NCBI GenBank assembly: GCA_030704615.1
Contig: CM060731.1
Span: forward strand, 33,046,001-33,110,000
From: Takakia lepidozioides
Lineage: Eukaryota > Plantae > Bryophyta
DNA length: 64,000 nucleotides
Direction: 5' to 3'
Shown: piece by piece, positions 23,894-36,054 of the stretch
Position numbering within the stretch: the first letter of the stretch is position 1
Layout: each line of letters opens with the position of its first letter
The notes under the pieces: model-generated
Told to the model about the DNA's origin: nothing
Databases searched by the model: none
Seen by the model: only the letters and a program-made list of their open reading frames with translations
Made by a program: the position numbers and the translations under genes

Positions 23894-25338
23894 TGCTGTG
23901 AGTCTATGCTTTGCAAAAATCTAAAGTACACCACAAAAAAATACTTAGATTTAGAGCAAAATTCCAAGTTAGATGAATAATTTGTGAGTTTCTTGACCAT
24001 TGACAAGATAGGCACGTGACAAGGTTTTGGCCTGCCATGTGGGCGGTCAACTTGTAGGGACTCCCCCACCCAAGTCTTACCTCTCCTGAAACTCCAAACA
24101 TCTAGCAGTGCAGGTCTTCACGATGTTTGTTGGAACGTGTACAGGACAAAAGGGCCAACATTCTTCATTCAGATGTCACCTTCATCTGAGATCATCCATA
24201 GAAGATATGACATGGATGAAAAATGAAGCGACCTGTTTCGGGTCGCGTCATCGTTTTAGGGGGTCCAAGACAATTTTGTTTTTGGGCTTCACCGCAGCCA
24301 AAATGTGAGTAACTAATGGTTGACCTTGGACCGAGTTACCTAACAACTCACAAATCAAAGAAAATCCAAGCAAAAAGATAAGTATTTCAGTGCGACTTAC
24401 AAATCGAAGAAAATCCAACAAAAGTTGATAACTATTTCAGCACCAATCGTTAGTGAAACAAGCCTAAAAACGGCAATGGGCTCTCTTGCTTTGTTAAAAC
24501 ATAAGAGGAAGGTGAGAGTGAGGGACATGACTCAGCACAACACACCAATCTTAGCCTTGGCACACTGTGTCCTTTGACCACATTTTTTCCATTGACCTGA
24601 ACATGTTGGGTAGTCACTCTCTACAAGACAGCCAACAACCTAAACACTATTTAAAGACAAAATATGTTCATACCTCCCAAAGAGGAGTTTTTTTTTTTTT
24701 TTTTGGGCTATTTCAACTGATGTCGGATCTGGATTCTGCATCCCAAACTTCCTTTTCGTACATTTTATTACAATAGAATCTTGAAATATGCCAACCTTAT
24801 TCGGGCAGCGACCCAGCATGGGCTTTACGTTGATAATGGATACATGTAGTCAGACACTATAACTCAAATTCATAATGGATACATGTTTTTTTTAAAACGT
24901 TTTAACAGAAGGGGATGGAGGCCCTTAAGTTAAATGATATTAAAAGGTGTCTTGGAAAAAATAACCAAGACAGGAGGCCATGAGGCATTACAGGATATAT
25001 GTCCTAGTCAGATACTGTAACTCAAACAGTTAATGAAAATTTAACCAAAAACAGTGAAATCTGCATGTTATATTTGACCCCAGAAACACCCAGCGGTTTG
25101 TATGTGCCTGATCTCTCTGCACAGGGATGTAATGTATTGTAATGTAAGAGCTGCACTGCGAATTCTCTCATAATATGGCTACATTGACAGGATAACATAA
25201 TCCATACTTGCGCTGATCCCCAAGTTCCCACCATCACACGGCCCAAGCCAACCTGCAAGCATTGCAGAAATAAGGCTCCTACTTCAGAGTGACGATGACA
25301 GGAGGCCGCAGCCCAAGGGATTCTCACAAACGCGGATT

Positions 25339-25382
25339 ATCCCATATCGATTGCCAGTATATCGGTGCCCAGAAAGTATATA
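25339..25382 (+). promoter_or_regulatory. Plant snRNA promoter: USE plus TATA box
   Basis: ATCCCATATCG (25339-25349) has 1 mismatch to the plant USE consensus RTCCCACATCG. TATATA lies at 25377-25382, about 27 nt upstream of the U1-like RNA. Confidence 0.75.
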
Positions 25383-25403
25383 GCTCTGCGGAAACGAGTA
25401 AAT

Positions 25404-25558
25404 CTACATACCTGGGCAGGGTCTATCGGTTGCCACGAAGGCTGATGTCCTAGGGCGGATCCCTTCATTGCACTTCGATTGGAACGACCCTAGCACCTAC
25501 GGGGGGCATGCACGTCGTAATTTGTGGAAGATGGGGCTCGCGTCCGCTCGGCCCTCAC
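25404..25558 (+). ncRNA. U1: U1 spliceosomal snRNA, divergent variant (or pseudogene)
   Basis: In canonical order and spacing: 5' TACATACCTGG, loop I ...CACGAAG, U1A loop ATTGCAC (25467-25473), Sm site AATTTGTGG (25519-25527), GC-rich terminal stem-loop IV. Confidence 0.88.
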
Positions 25559-25687
25559 CAGAAAACCTAAGCCTGGATATCTTCTGTGGAATCATGTAGA
25601 CGTGGAAATATGTTTTGCCGGATAACGGCGTATCTAAGAAGTGCTTGAATAGTCACTTTGCACGTCCAATGCCAACCACTCACAGCA

Positions 25688-26300
25688 GTTGAGAGCTCAG
25701 TTGTATTGCGATGAGTGTCACCCAGGTGATTCTGGGCTCAAATCCTGTTGCCTTGTCGGGTGTGGTATAATCTTCTCCCTAAACTGGACATCCCTATTCT
25801 TCTCCTCGTAGTGAGTTGGTCGGGGTGTTCCCATATTGAAAACATTAAGAAACAACAAAAAGTCACGTTCACTAAAAATCATACTGAAAGCATTGCTAAG
25901 TCGGAATCTTGCACTATCCACGAAAAATGTCCACAAACTACCGGCAGACTCACTTCCCGACAAGATTGGGTCGTCATCCCCCCGTACGCGTTGGTTGCTC
26001 AACACGGCGGCACTACCCTACGCGGCATCCTATGTCGCCGCCACGACCGTCCTTAGTTGTTATGTTTTTCGTCATTTACGTTAACAAGTAATTATATCTA
26101 TATATTTGTAAATTGTAATAGTAACCTAATTGCTTCCAATAAAAGCTGGTCAACACAACTCGAAGTAAGGCCCTTTAATGTACGAGCCATAGAGCGTACG
26201 ACAGACTGAATTTGAAGCAGAACTATCACCACGCACTGCAGCAGAATTTGAGCCCGGGATGATCTGGGTGCCACGCAACGCACCACCAACCGAGCTACCG
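25688..26300. mobile_element. Pair of related tRNA-like (SINE-head) sequences in inverted, convergent orientation
   Basis: Plus strand 25688-25785: AGCTCAGTTG...CACCCAG...GGGCTCAAATCC. Minus strand 26300-26208: TAGCTCGGTTGG...CACCCAG...GGGCTCAAATTC. Confidence 0.6.
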
Positions 26301-28253
26301 AGAGAAGGACAGTTGTAGGTGATGTTTTTTGGTTAAAAGGAGTTGTTAACGCACATTACGATGGTCGCCGCATCCGCACTCGGTATGACTAACGTGTTTT
26401 GAGGGGGGGGGTGTTCCCGACGACTCGGTCTAAAACCCAACCACAGTTGTCAACTTGGTCGCTGTGTGAAGAAATGGACAAGAAACTACGAGTGCTTATA
26501 AAGGGATTAGAGGGCAGGGGAGGTGTGTGCGCAGCAGTGCGTCACAGAACCTTCTGCCTTCGAAAAAAACAAAACAAGTGAGTAGGAGAGACGTGACACA
26601 AGGTTTGGGCTGTGCTTTTCCAATTACCGGTGTTGCTTTCCCTGTGGTGGAAACGGGGCAGGCAGACTGCGTGTCGTTTCTCAACTCATCACTTCCACTT
26701 TCTTATCCTCCTTTGTATCTCATGACAATGCTCCTTTTTCCCTTGTTTTTCTCATATCCGTGAGCAGTTGACCTCATTTTTTTTTCTCCTTGCCTCTGCT
26801 TGTTTCTAGTTTAGCAGGGGCTTGCTGAAATGTCTCTTCAACGATTATCTTGAAGACGTCGAGAATGGAATCACCAAAGGAATCTTGCGTTCTCTGCTAT
26901 CTTCCCGGTTCTTCCATGGTACAGGATTTGACAAGTAGTCTCCCTGCTTGTTGCTCTCAATGTGCAGCTTGAGAAACAAGTCACACCTGTGCGCAGAGAG
27001 AAAACTGCCATATCTTTGCTGGGATTTGTAGGATCGTCGTTTGTCACATCTTGCATCTCCAGTGTGTCACTGTAGAACAGCTCGCCAGCCACGTGCAATC
27101 GCTGCAATGCAGAACCAAGTCTCGGCTCCCGCACCGAGTTCTTGTCTTTTGAGTATGATCTTGGCCTCTCGTAAGGTATGTCTTAGTGAAGGACAGCAAG
27201 TAGCATGTTTTTCGCCAGAACTGCTGTTGCTCCCGTTTGTTTCTTGCTTCTATCTCTTAGATTTGGAAGTTCAGCTTTGGCTTTAGCTCTAGGCGGAGCT
27301 TTAAGCATCACAGGCTCACCGTCACATTATCTTTTTTCAGCTTTGCAGGTCTGGATGCTCCGACCCCTTCAGTCTCAAAATTTTTGTTTAGGGAGCAAAT
27401 GTTCAAAATTAGAGTTCCCCAAAACCAGAAGCAATAATTTATACTACATTCTGGCAGCTTAGAGCTAGGGTTTCAGTGAATGAGTATTTTTATGGGTAGT
27501 AGATCAACTTTTCGTGGGAGGAGGGGCTCTTGTGCAAATGCTAAATTGTCCTTGACAAGCAGGGGGATGATGGAGAGTAGCGAAACCGCAGCAAAAATGC
27601 AGATATTGGATTCGTAAAGGAGGATTGCGTGCACCACGGTTGTTGCTGTACTGGAGACAGGATTCTTCTGGCTTAGGTCCCCACCTTGTCATGGATATTG
27701 ATGCTCGTAAGACCAAACTAGGAGAACTATCTGAACTTTTCGATCGCACAGGACATGCGAGGATGCAGGACCTGAGAGGATGGTGCTCACTCACTGGACT
27801 TTCAGGTTCAAAGGGACTGGAAGAGACATTTGAGCAGCCAGGTAGAGAGTCCCTAGGAATGTCTGCAAGATAACAGCTGAAGGCTCGCCTGAAGTAGAAA
27901 GAATGGCAAGAGGACACCCTCAGGGAAGAACTCAAAAGGAATACAACAGGGTAGTCTTCAACCTGAGCATCGACCAATGTGCGCTCAAGTGGAGTTTAGA
28001 AGTTATGTGCCTAGTCACAGTAGTGGTTTGACAAGTGACAATCAGACAAGTTAATTGGTGAGAGTGCAAGAGGGTTTCCTTGTACTTTGAAAAGTAGATG
28101 CCAATCTCTCAACAGGGTAGGGGCTCACTTGACCCAGCAATTCATTTGACAAGGAGTCAAGTGGGGATTTGGCTTGTGCATGTGCTGGCGTGGGAGTGAT
28201 GCATGCCTGGAGGACCACATCCACCCTGTGCTGATTCAGTTTTCTTCCGAAAG

Positions 28254-31200
28254 ATGAGGGTGAGAGAGGCATTGAAGGGACCATGGTTGCCTGCAGCATT
28301 AATATTGACTTCAGTATTGAGTATCGCGGGGCTCGCTAGGGTGGAAACCTCATGTGTGCCACAAAACGGATGCCAGGTTGCGCTAGCCTATTATAGGGCT
28401 CAGTTTAATGATACTCTAAACATTATTTCTGGGAATTTTCAGACAAGCTTAGCCAACATAAGGAGCTACAACCCCAGTATAACAAATATGGACTACATTA
28501 CAGATAAGGAGCCCATCTTCATTCCATTTACATGCCAGTGTGTGGACAATCAACTGGGTCACCAGTTCCTGTATAAGGTATACTTCTATTTGGCTGTTGA
28601 CTATTTAGAAGGTTGCAATTCTGTGTGGAAGCATTGCTGGATGCCAATTTCAAAGTCTTTTGTGCCGTCAATTATGGTGTAGCTGGGACATGTTATGGAT
28701 GGAGTGGTTGGGACCAAACCAAGCAGGTATTGCACCTGCAAAAAGCATGGTTCTTAGTTTTGTACAGCCTCATGAGCTATTTAGTGTGAAGCAAGAAACT
28801 TGAGAGTACAATTATGCATTATGTAGTTTTGTACAGCCTCAATGACCTATTTAGTGTGAAGCAAGAAACTTGAGAGTACAATTATACATTAAGAACAACT
28901 ACCAGTTGAACTAACCTTTCCAGTGAGGCCACTACCTCCTTGGTTGGCATCAAGGTCTATAATCAAGCAAGTCACTGTAAAGAATCGTATTCAGAGACAA
29001 TGGTTACAGCTGCAAGAAAGAAGAGCATTAAGGCTTGACGTTTTGGGATTGTACATGACTGACAAACCTTCAGAGGTACCCTGAGTTTGATGATATTTAC
29101 ACCAATGAGAAACCTTAAGGTGTGGGTGGTTTGCTCCCAGACTTCACTGTTAGACCTTTAGAAAGCAATAATGAGCCAGCCCCAAATTGAAAAAACAACA
29201 GAGTAAGGATTCATAGGTGGTGTTGTTCTCGTCGTCACTCAAGGTGTGAGATCGCTCTCTCATTTCCTTGCAATTCTCGAAATCCACGTCCCTTGATGAC
29301 TATGCTTACTTCTGATGTACTCTTACATCAATATATTTGGTGTCTGTGCATTTGCTGACATCTGAGGTGTCCCTCTTCCATCAATGTACTTGTGTTTGGC
29401 AGGTTCAGAATGGTGATACTGTGAGCCAAATAGCAGCTACTGCATATGAAAATCTGACTACGTCAGGGTGGATCGCCACTGCGTCATCCCTCACAAGTGT
29501 AGATGACATTTTGATAGGATCCACCTTGAATGTTCCAGTCAACTGCTCATGTGGGGATTCCCATGTCAGTAGCCAGTATGGCCTTTTTGCCACATATATC
29601 GTGCAGCCTGGTGACGATGTTTCAAGCATTGCCTCACAGTTGGGCACTGATGAGGCCCTTGTCAGAGAGTACAATGCTGATGTGAACTGGAATAACTTGC
29701 GAGCACAGCAGATCATCTTTGCACCTGTCAAAGGTACTTGAATGTCCAATATTGTGGAAGGCATTGGGGGCTTCTGTGAGAAGGTCTTAAATCATTGTGG
29801 AACCCTATAATAGTGTATCTGCTATACTACTAAGATTTTCAATTATAGCCTGTGTCTAGTATGAAGGGTGTGAACTCTCCCACTGGCAGATCAATCGCCC
29901 TAGACAGTTGTAGTCAAGAAACCAGTTGTGAAAAAAAAATGTGGTCACCACAGCCAGTAAAACTGGTACATTTTCATGTCTGGCAAAAACTTCCGAGAAG
30001 CAAGTGCCACCACAATAACTGGGAGGCCCATGTCCGTTGTATATCAGACATTCTAGCATGTTTTGCTGATGGAGATCTGGTGAGGCCTGCCGGTACAAGT
30101 ATCTGACATCGATTTTATCACTGACCTGGTTGTGCACGGTGTCCTGTGCGGGTCCAGATGCAACGGGCAATTATCCATCATTTCTTGGGTAATTCTACCA
30201 CTCTTGTCTTCTGGTTCTTGATTTGTTCATTTTGTTGTTCTTGTCAAACATGTTATGGTTGGTTTCAGTTGTTAGAGATGGATGCGACTCTTGTTAACCT
30301 GTTGTTTAACCAGGCTCTGTTGATATGGACCGTTGCATGTGGGTTTCTGTTCTGTCTTACACCTGAAGATATATATATATATATTGACAACTTGATGTTT
30401 GTGCTATTCTTTGAAGCTTGTCACTATCGTCCAGCAGTCAGTTTTTTCTGCCTAGAGTACTTTACAGTGATGCTGGACTGGGCAAAGCCAGATCACGGAT
30501 GCTGTCCATGTGGCAGATTTGTACTGTCTAATCCAAGGGTCAAACAACTCATCTATTCCTCTTGGCAATTTGTGCTGTTGCTGACTGCAGTCTTGTGTTT
30601 GTTGTTGTCCTTGTGCTGCTGCAGCTCAACTGGTAGGCCTTTTTCCATCTCTTCGTATGTCCAACAAAGTTTTGCAGACAAGTTTCCCCTTCCCCTTGTT
30701 AAGAGTGCATCAGTGTTTCTCGTTGGTTACATTTAGCTTTAATTGCAGGAAGGTCACTCTTAACCAAGTGTGTCTGCATTGAAGGCTTAGTTTACGTTCC
30801 TCATGTGCCCCCAAATCTTCATCCCTGCCTCTGTTTTCGCGTACTATCCATTTCTTCCCCTATTTTGTCACCTTCAATTACCAAGTAGATGAATTACACG
30901 CAATTCCTGAAATACACATCTGAGAAGGTAAAGTGGTTTGGGTGTCCAGGGACCTCACGAGGGCTGAGTGCTGGTGCGATTGCGGGGGCTGCAGTCGGAG
31001 GGGCACTTGTAGTGTTTGCTATCATTGCATTGGCTCTCTTCTGTTTATGTGTCTACATCCCCAAGAAAGAAAGCAAGCTCAAGAAGCAGCAGGAGGAATT
31101 AGATGGTGGCATCAACAACTTTGGACCTGATATCAGAAGACAACGTTAGTACATCTTACAGTTTCTGCTGGTTTGGCTTGAGGACCTTGAAAAGAGGGGT

Positions 31201-34200
31201 TTTATTTGGACGTTCACAATTATTGAGACCACTCTCTCTCATCCCATTCCCTCCCAAGCCATCTGGTGTCCTCCCTTTTTGGCCACCATTCCCTTTTCCT
31301 GTTTCCCCTGGGTGCCGTTGATCTCAAATGTGTTTATCTGCTTTTTCTTTCCTTAAATCTTCTGGTTTTCTGAAAGGAAAGAGCTTCTCTGCATGATTGG
31401 AGATTATGGCTAGCAATGCAAGAATCTACTGTGTCATTGTCAATCAACCAGCTGTAATATTGGGATACTAAAGCTTTTCTTGTCTCTTGAATGTACAGCT
31501 TCATCAGGAACATCATTAAGGGCAACCTCAAGGACAGCAAATACAACTGTAGTGCCCACAATGCTGTCAGACTTCACAGTGGACAAGTCGGTCGAGTTTA
31601 CATATGAAGAGCTGGTGAAAGCCACCAACGAGTTCAGTGTGAGCAACAAAATTGGTCAGGGTGGCTACGGCGCTGTCTATTACGGTGTAATTAATGGCCA
31701 GGTCTTTTTCCTCTCCTCCCTCTACCCCTCCCACCCTTTTTCGCAGTTATGCATGATAGTTGTGCTTGAGACAATGCTTCAGAGAATGCCAAGTAAGGAT
31801 TTTGTGATTGCTAGCTTGAGCACTACGGCAAGTTTTAGCTGACTTTCCATGGGTAGAAGAACAAGCTTCTGGAAGAGTTGAGATCCCACTGGAACCATGC
31901 CAGATACTTGAATGCCACATTTGCAGGGAACTGTTTTTTGGTACTTTTGCTCCTCTCTATGCCATCCAACCAGTAAGGTAGCCAGCAATGACCAGATAAC
32001 TCTCGATGGTGTGCAGAAGTTGGCCATTAAGAGGATGAATCTGCAGGCAACAAAGGAATTCATGGCTGAGCTTCAAGTCCTCACTCATGTCCACCATACC
32101 AACCTGGTACGTGTCTCTCTTCCTTCCCCTTCTATGTCCCTTTTAAATTGAATGAAGGATCTATGTCCACAAGATTGTAACAAACAATATCTACCTCTCT
32201 ATACACATTTGTTTGTATGCGTCCCACTCTGATCAATTCAACCTTGCATGCAAGATTATTGCTGGATTAATACTCATGCCCAACGTGAGGAGGTTGCACT
32301 TCCATCTCTACTGATGATAATCCACATGTGGGCTGCAATGTTACAGGTGCAATTGATTGGATACTGCACTGTAGAATCATTGTTTCTTGTCTATGAGTTT
32401 GTGGAGAATGGAACCCTGGATCAGCATCTCCACAAAGGTACAGTCCTTTGTTGTGGCATGTACTGTCATTGCTGGTTGTTTTGATATTCGGGTATGTTGA
32501 GGCGAGGACAAATAAGTTGACTGCACAATTGTCGTATAGTGCCGCCTCCTTCCTGGTTCGGTGAATGGAAGGTTCGAATAAAACGCAGCGGGGAGCCTGT
32601 CGGATCAACAAGTTCCTGCGTGGCAAGCATTGTACATAGTCAGCTCCATTAAGTATGTTGTGGCAAGTCTTGGGCTTTAGGAAGCTGCAATGTTGTGCAT
32701 TAAAACCCAGTGCTCTTGGCTGCGCCACTTTAAACCCTCCCTGCAGCACCTCATATGGACTGGTCCCTTATCCCAGCAACATCAGGCATTTGAATTCTGA
32801 TTAGTTTGTTTGAGCACCAGAAAGTGTTTGGCGCTGTAAATGGCTTTTGGTAAGGCCTCAGTGCAAGCTCTCACGTGGACATATGGTTTACTGTTTAGAA
32901 TATGCTGTGGCATTGATATTGTCTGATTGCCATCTGTGTGGGCTTGGGTGGGGACAGGAACAGCATCACTACCATGGATTGCGAGAGTTCAAATAGCCCT
33001 GGATGCTGCCAGAGGGTTGGAGTACATTCACGAGCACACTAAGCCAACTTACATACACAGGGATATAAAATCCGCCAACATTCTCATTGACAAGCAGCTT
33101 CATGCAAAGGTTAGAAGGATTCCTGAGCATTTTGAGCTACAGATTTACTTTGAATAGATCAAGAGTTGTATGGACAACTATAACTCATGTTGAGGAGCTG
33201 AAAGGTTATTTATAGATCTGGATTGTGCACTGTGCAGGTGGCAGACTTTGGGCTGACAAAGCTGACGGAGTCTGGAATTGGGAGCCATTCAACAACCATG
33301 CCCACTAGGGTAGTTGGCACATGGGGCTACATGTCTCCTGAGTGCGTACTTGTTTGTTGCACTAGAGAACATTTCCAGAGTAGATCCATAGATCTCTTCA
33401 AGCCTCTGCTGGTATATTAGCATCTTTCTTTGTCCTTTTCCCCCAATCCTAGGATGTCATACATGTTGGCCAGTGGAGCTCCTGGCCAGGATTTCTGTGT
33501 TGGTTCACCCACTTTTGTATGTTTTGAAGCTAATTTTTATTGCGCAAGGTTGATCAGGTATGCGCGGTTTGGAGACGTATCACCAAAGGTGGATGTCTAT
33601 TCATTTGGGGTTGTTCTGTTTGAAATTATTTCTGGGAGACAAGCCATTGTGCGAGTGTCGACAGGTAGCTCTGGTTCCTCCTCAATTCCTCACAGAGAGG
33701 AACAGAGAGCCCTTGTGTCTCTGGTAATCTCATCCACTCTCACCTCCTTTTCTCGTGCAGTGTTGTTGTTGCCATGTTCAGCCAATTGTCTTCTAAGGGG
33801 TGTAATGGATATGCCATTTCATATTCTCTGCAACAAATTCTATACTTGAGAAAATAGCTCATTTTGCTGATGATCGCTCATATACACTTTAGTAGATGGT
33901 CCCCTGAATATTAGACATGTGAGGGAGATCTCAGACTTCCGGAGGAAATCCCAACAGGAATGGTGTCTGTAGCACTTCTATTTTCTCCACAGTTATCCCT
34001 TGACTCTTCATGTCTTTCCTTGAGGCGTTTTGACCCTACACTTCAGTAGCTGTAATATTTACACGAAACAATCATTGACCTCACAATGAGCTTGCAATCA
34101 TCTTTTTTTGTGGTCCTTGGTGTGGTTTGCTTGCAGTTTGAGGCTGAGTTGAAGGACCCCAACGGCAAAGAGAAACTGTATACTCTTGTGGACCCTTCTC

Positions 34201-34563
34201 TTGGGGACAATTACCCTCTAGACTCGGCATGGAAGGTGCGATTTGTTGTTCTTAATCTCCTTTCAGCTTGTTTAGGGACATTGTCGCCACTTCCACCCAC
34301 CTACAGTGCATGTATAAACTGGACATGGTAACAGTGCTTCAGTAATAAGAAAATCTCTCTCAGCAGGCAACACATTTTGGTGTGCGGGTTGACAGATGGC
34401 GCAGTTAGCAGCAGCTTGCACGCAAGAGAATCCAGAGTTAAGGCCGAGTATGCGGACGGCAGTGGTGGCACTAATGACATTATCCTCGTCAACACAAGAA
34501 TGGGAGATTAGTGCTTTTGCAGGGGATACAGCTATGGGGAGTGGTGTAATTGCAGGACGATAG
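28254..34563 (+). CDS. LysM receptor-like kinase, LYK/CERK1 type, 12 exons
   Basis: Signal peptide; three LysM domains separated by CQC and CSC; TM helix [28 protein letters not shown]; [12 protein letters not shown]; kinase motifs [41 protein letters not shown]; TAG at 34561-34563. Confidence 0.95.
28756..28891 (+). repeat. 68-bp tandem duplication in LysM-RLK intron 1
   Basis: TAGTTTTGTACAGCCTCA...GAGAGTACAATTAT occurs twice. Confidence 0.9.
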
Positions 34564-35408
34564 CATAGAAGACTGTAGGATTAGGTCTGACCTTCTTAGC
34601 AAGTCTGGCATTTAATGTAGGGCGGGGGGGGCTACTGGCTTGTGTAACATATCATACTAAGCCTGTTTTCCATTATTGAGTCAGATGTACTGCTGATCTG
34701 TAACATAGAGAGCCTATTTACGGTCATTCAGCGAGATTTGTGGTTGGTGTGGAGTGTAACATGAAGAGCCCACTTCCCTTCATTCAGCAAATATACTGTT
34801 TCCCTAGTGAGAAACACAAAAAAACATCCTTTTATCAGTGTTTGTCTCCACACTCATTCAGGTAGTGATGACAATTTCTCGAGGACTACAGTCTGTGTCT
34901 GGAATACTCTCCAAAGAGAATTCATGGGGGCAGGTGGCACGCCACATGGTGCTGTTCCTAGAGTAAAGGAGCATAATGGCAGTGTTGGAGTGCCTACATG
35001 CCTGAACCTACCCACCAAGCCCCAGAGCTTGAAACAGTTGTAAGATTGATGGAGGTCTCAGCTTTGAGGCCTGAAGTCATTGAGATCATGCAACTGAGAA
35101 ATCTAGCAATGGCAATTCCCTGCAGAAGCTGTAAGAATCCCCACATCATTCCTGTGAATCTTGCACACTTTGAAGAGAGCTCATGTGCATTTTCACTCCT
35201 CATTCCTTGTCTAGACACACTGAAGCTGCATGTCAAAGTTTTTCTCTTGGCTCTCTCAGAAAAGGGAGAGATGCAGACAATAATGTAGACGGCAGGAGTG
35301 AAGCAAAAGCAGCAAACCCGGGCAGTGCATGTAGCAAGCCTTGTTGCGCTTTCTGTTGGGCTTTCGTGACCTCGTGGAGTCATGCTGTGGTGGATCGATT
35401 ACGTGCAG

Positions 35409-36054
35409 CGGGCACGGATAAATCCGATCAGGCCCGTGACCTTGACCTACCTTTGAAGGATCGGTTCTATCTCCAGCCTAAGACCCCGAGTGATGCGGTG
35501 GAGCGACGCCAACGAGTCAGCCAAGGAAATTGTGGGAGTGAAGTCTTTGATTGATAAAAAGGCTTGGCCCTATGTTCAGAATGGTCTTCGTTCCTCAGCC
35601 AGCTACTTGCGCTTCGATTTGAACACCATTATTGCATCAAAACCAAAAGAGGAGAAGAAAACGTTAAAGGCATTGTCTGCCAAATTTTTTGACTCCCTCA
35701 ACTCTGTAAGTCTTCCTGAAGTCTGTTGGTGCGCTGAATGAACCATTTTTCGTGTTGGTGTTTGTTTGGTGGTTTGGGGATGCAGCAACTCTCAATACTG
35801 GTATCTAGAAGAAAGGTTTAAGCCTGGTTTGGTGTATCAAATGGTGATACTGATTGGAAGCGAATTCTTTCAGGAGAACCTTTTTCTCCAGCTCATTTAG
35901 TGCGGAATTTGGTCACCTGGCAGTCCTGACAGTATTAATTGTCGTCTGTATGCAGTTGGATTACGCTGCCAGGTCCAAAAGCACTCCCCAAGCAGAGAAG
36001 TACTACGCCGAGACCGTTGCTCTACTGAACGATGTCCTTGCCAAGATAACTTAG
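35409..36054 (+). pseudogene. PsbQ: PsbQ (OEE3) 3' part; +1 frameshift at ~35507, N-terminal exons not found
   Basis: [23 protein letters not shown]...[frameshift][28 protein letters not shown]...; intron 35706-35955; LDYAARSKSTPQAEKYY...AKIT*. Confidence 0.82.

Noticed and set aside
26866-27150. Possible RING-variant mini-gene (CVLC...CHC) upstream of the LysM-RLK
   Set aside because: The remaining Zn ligands are absent without invoking frameshifts; most likely leader or intergenic sequence.
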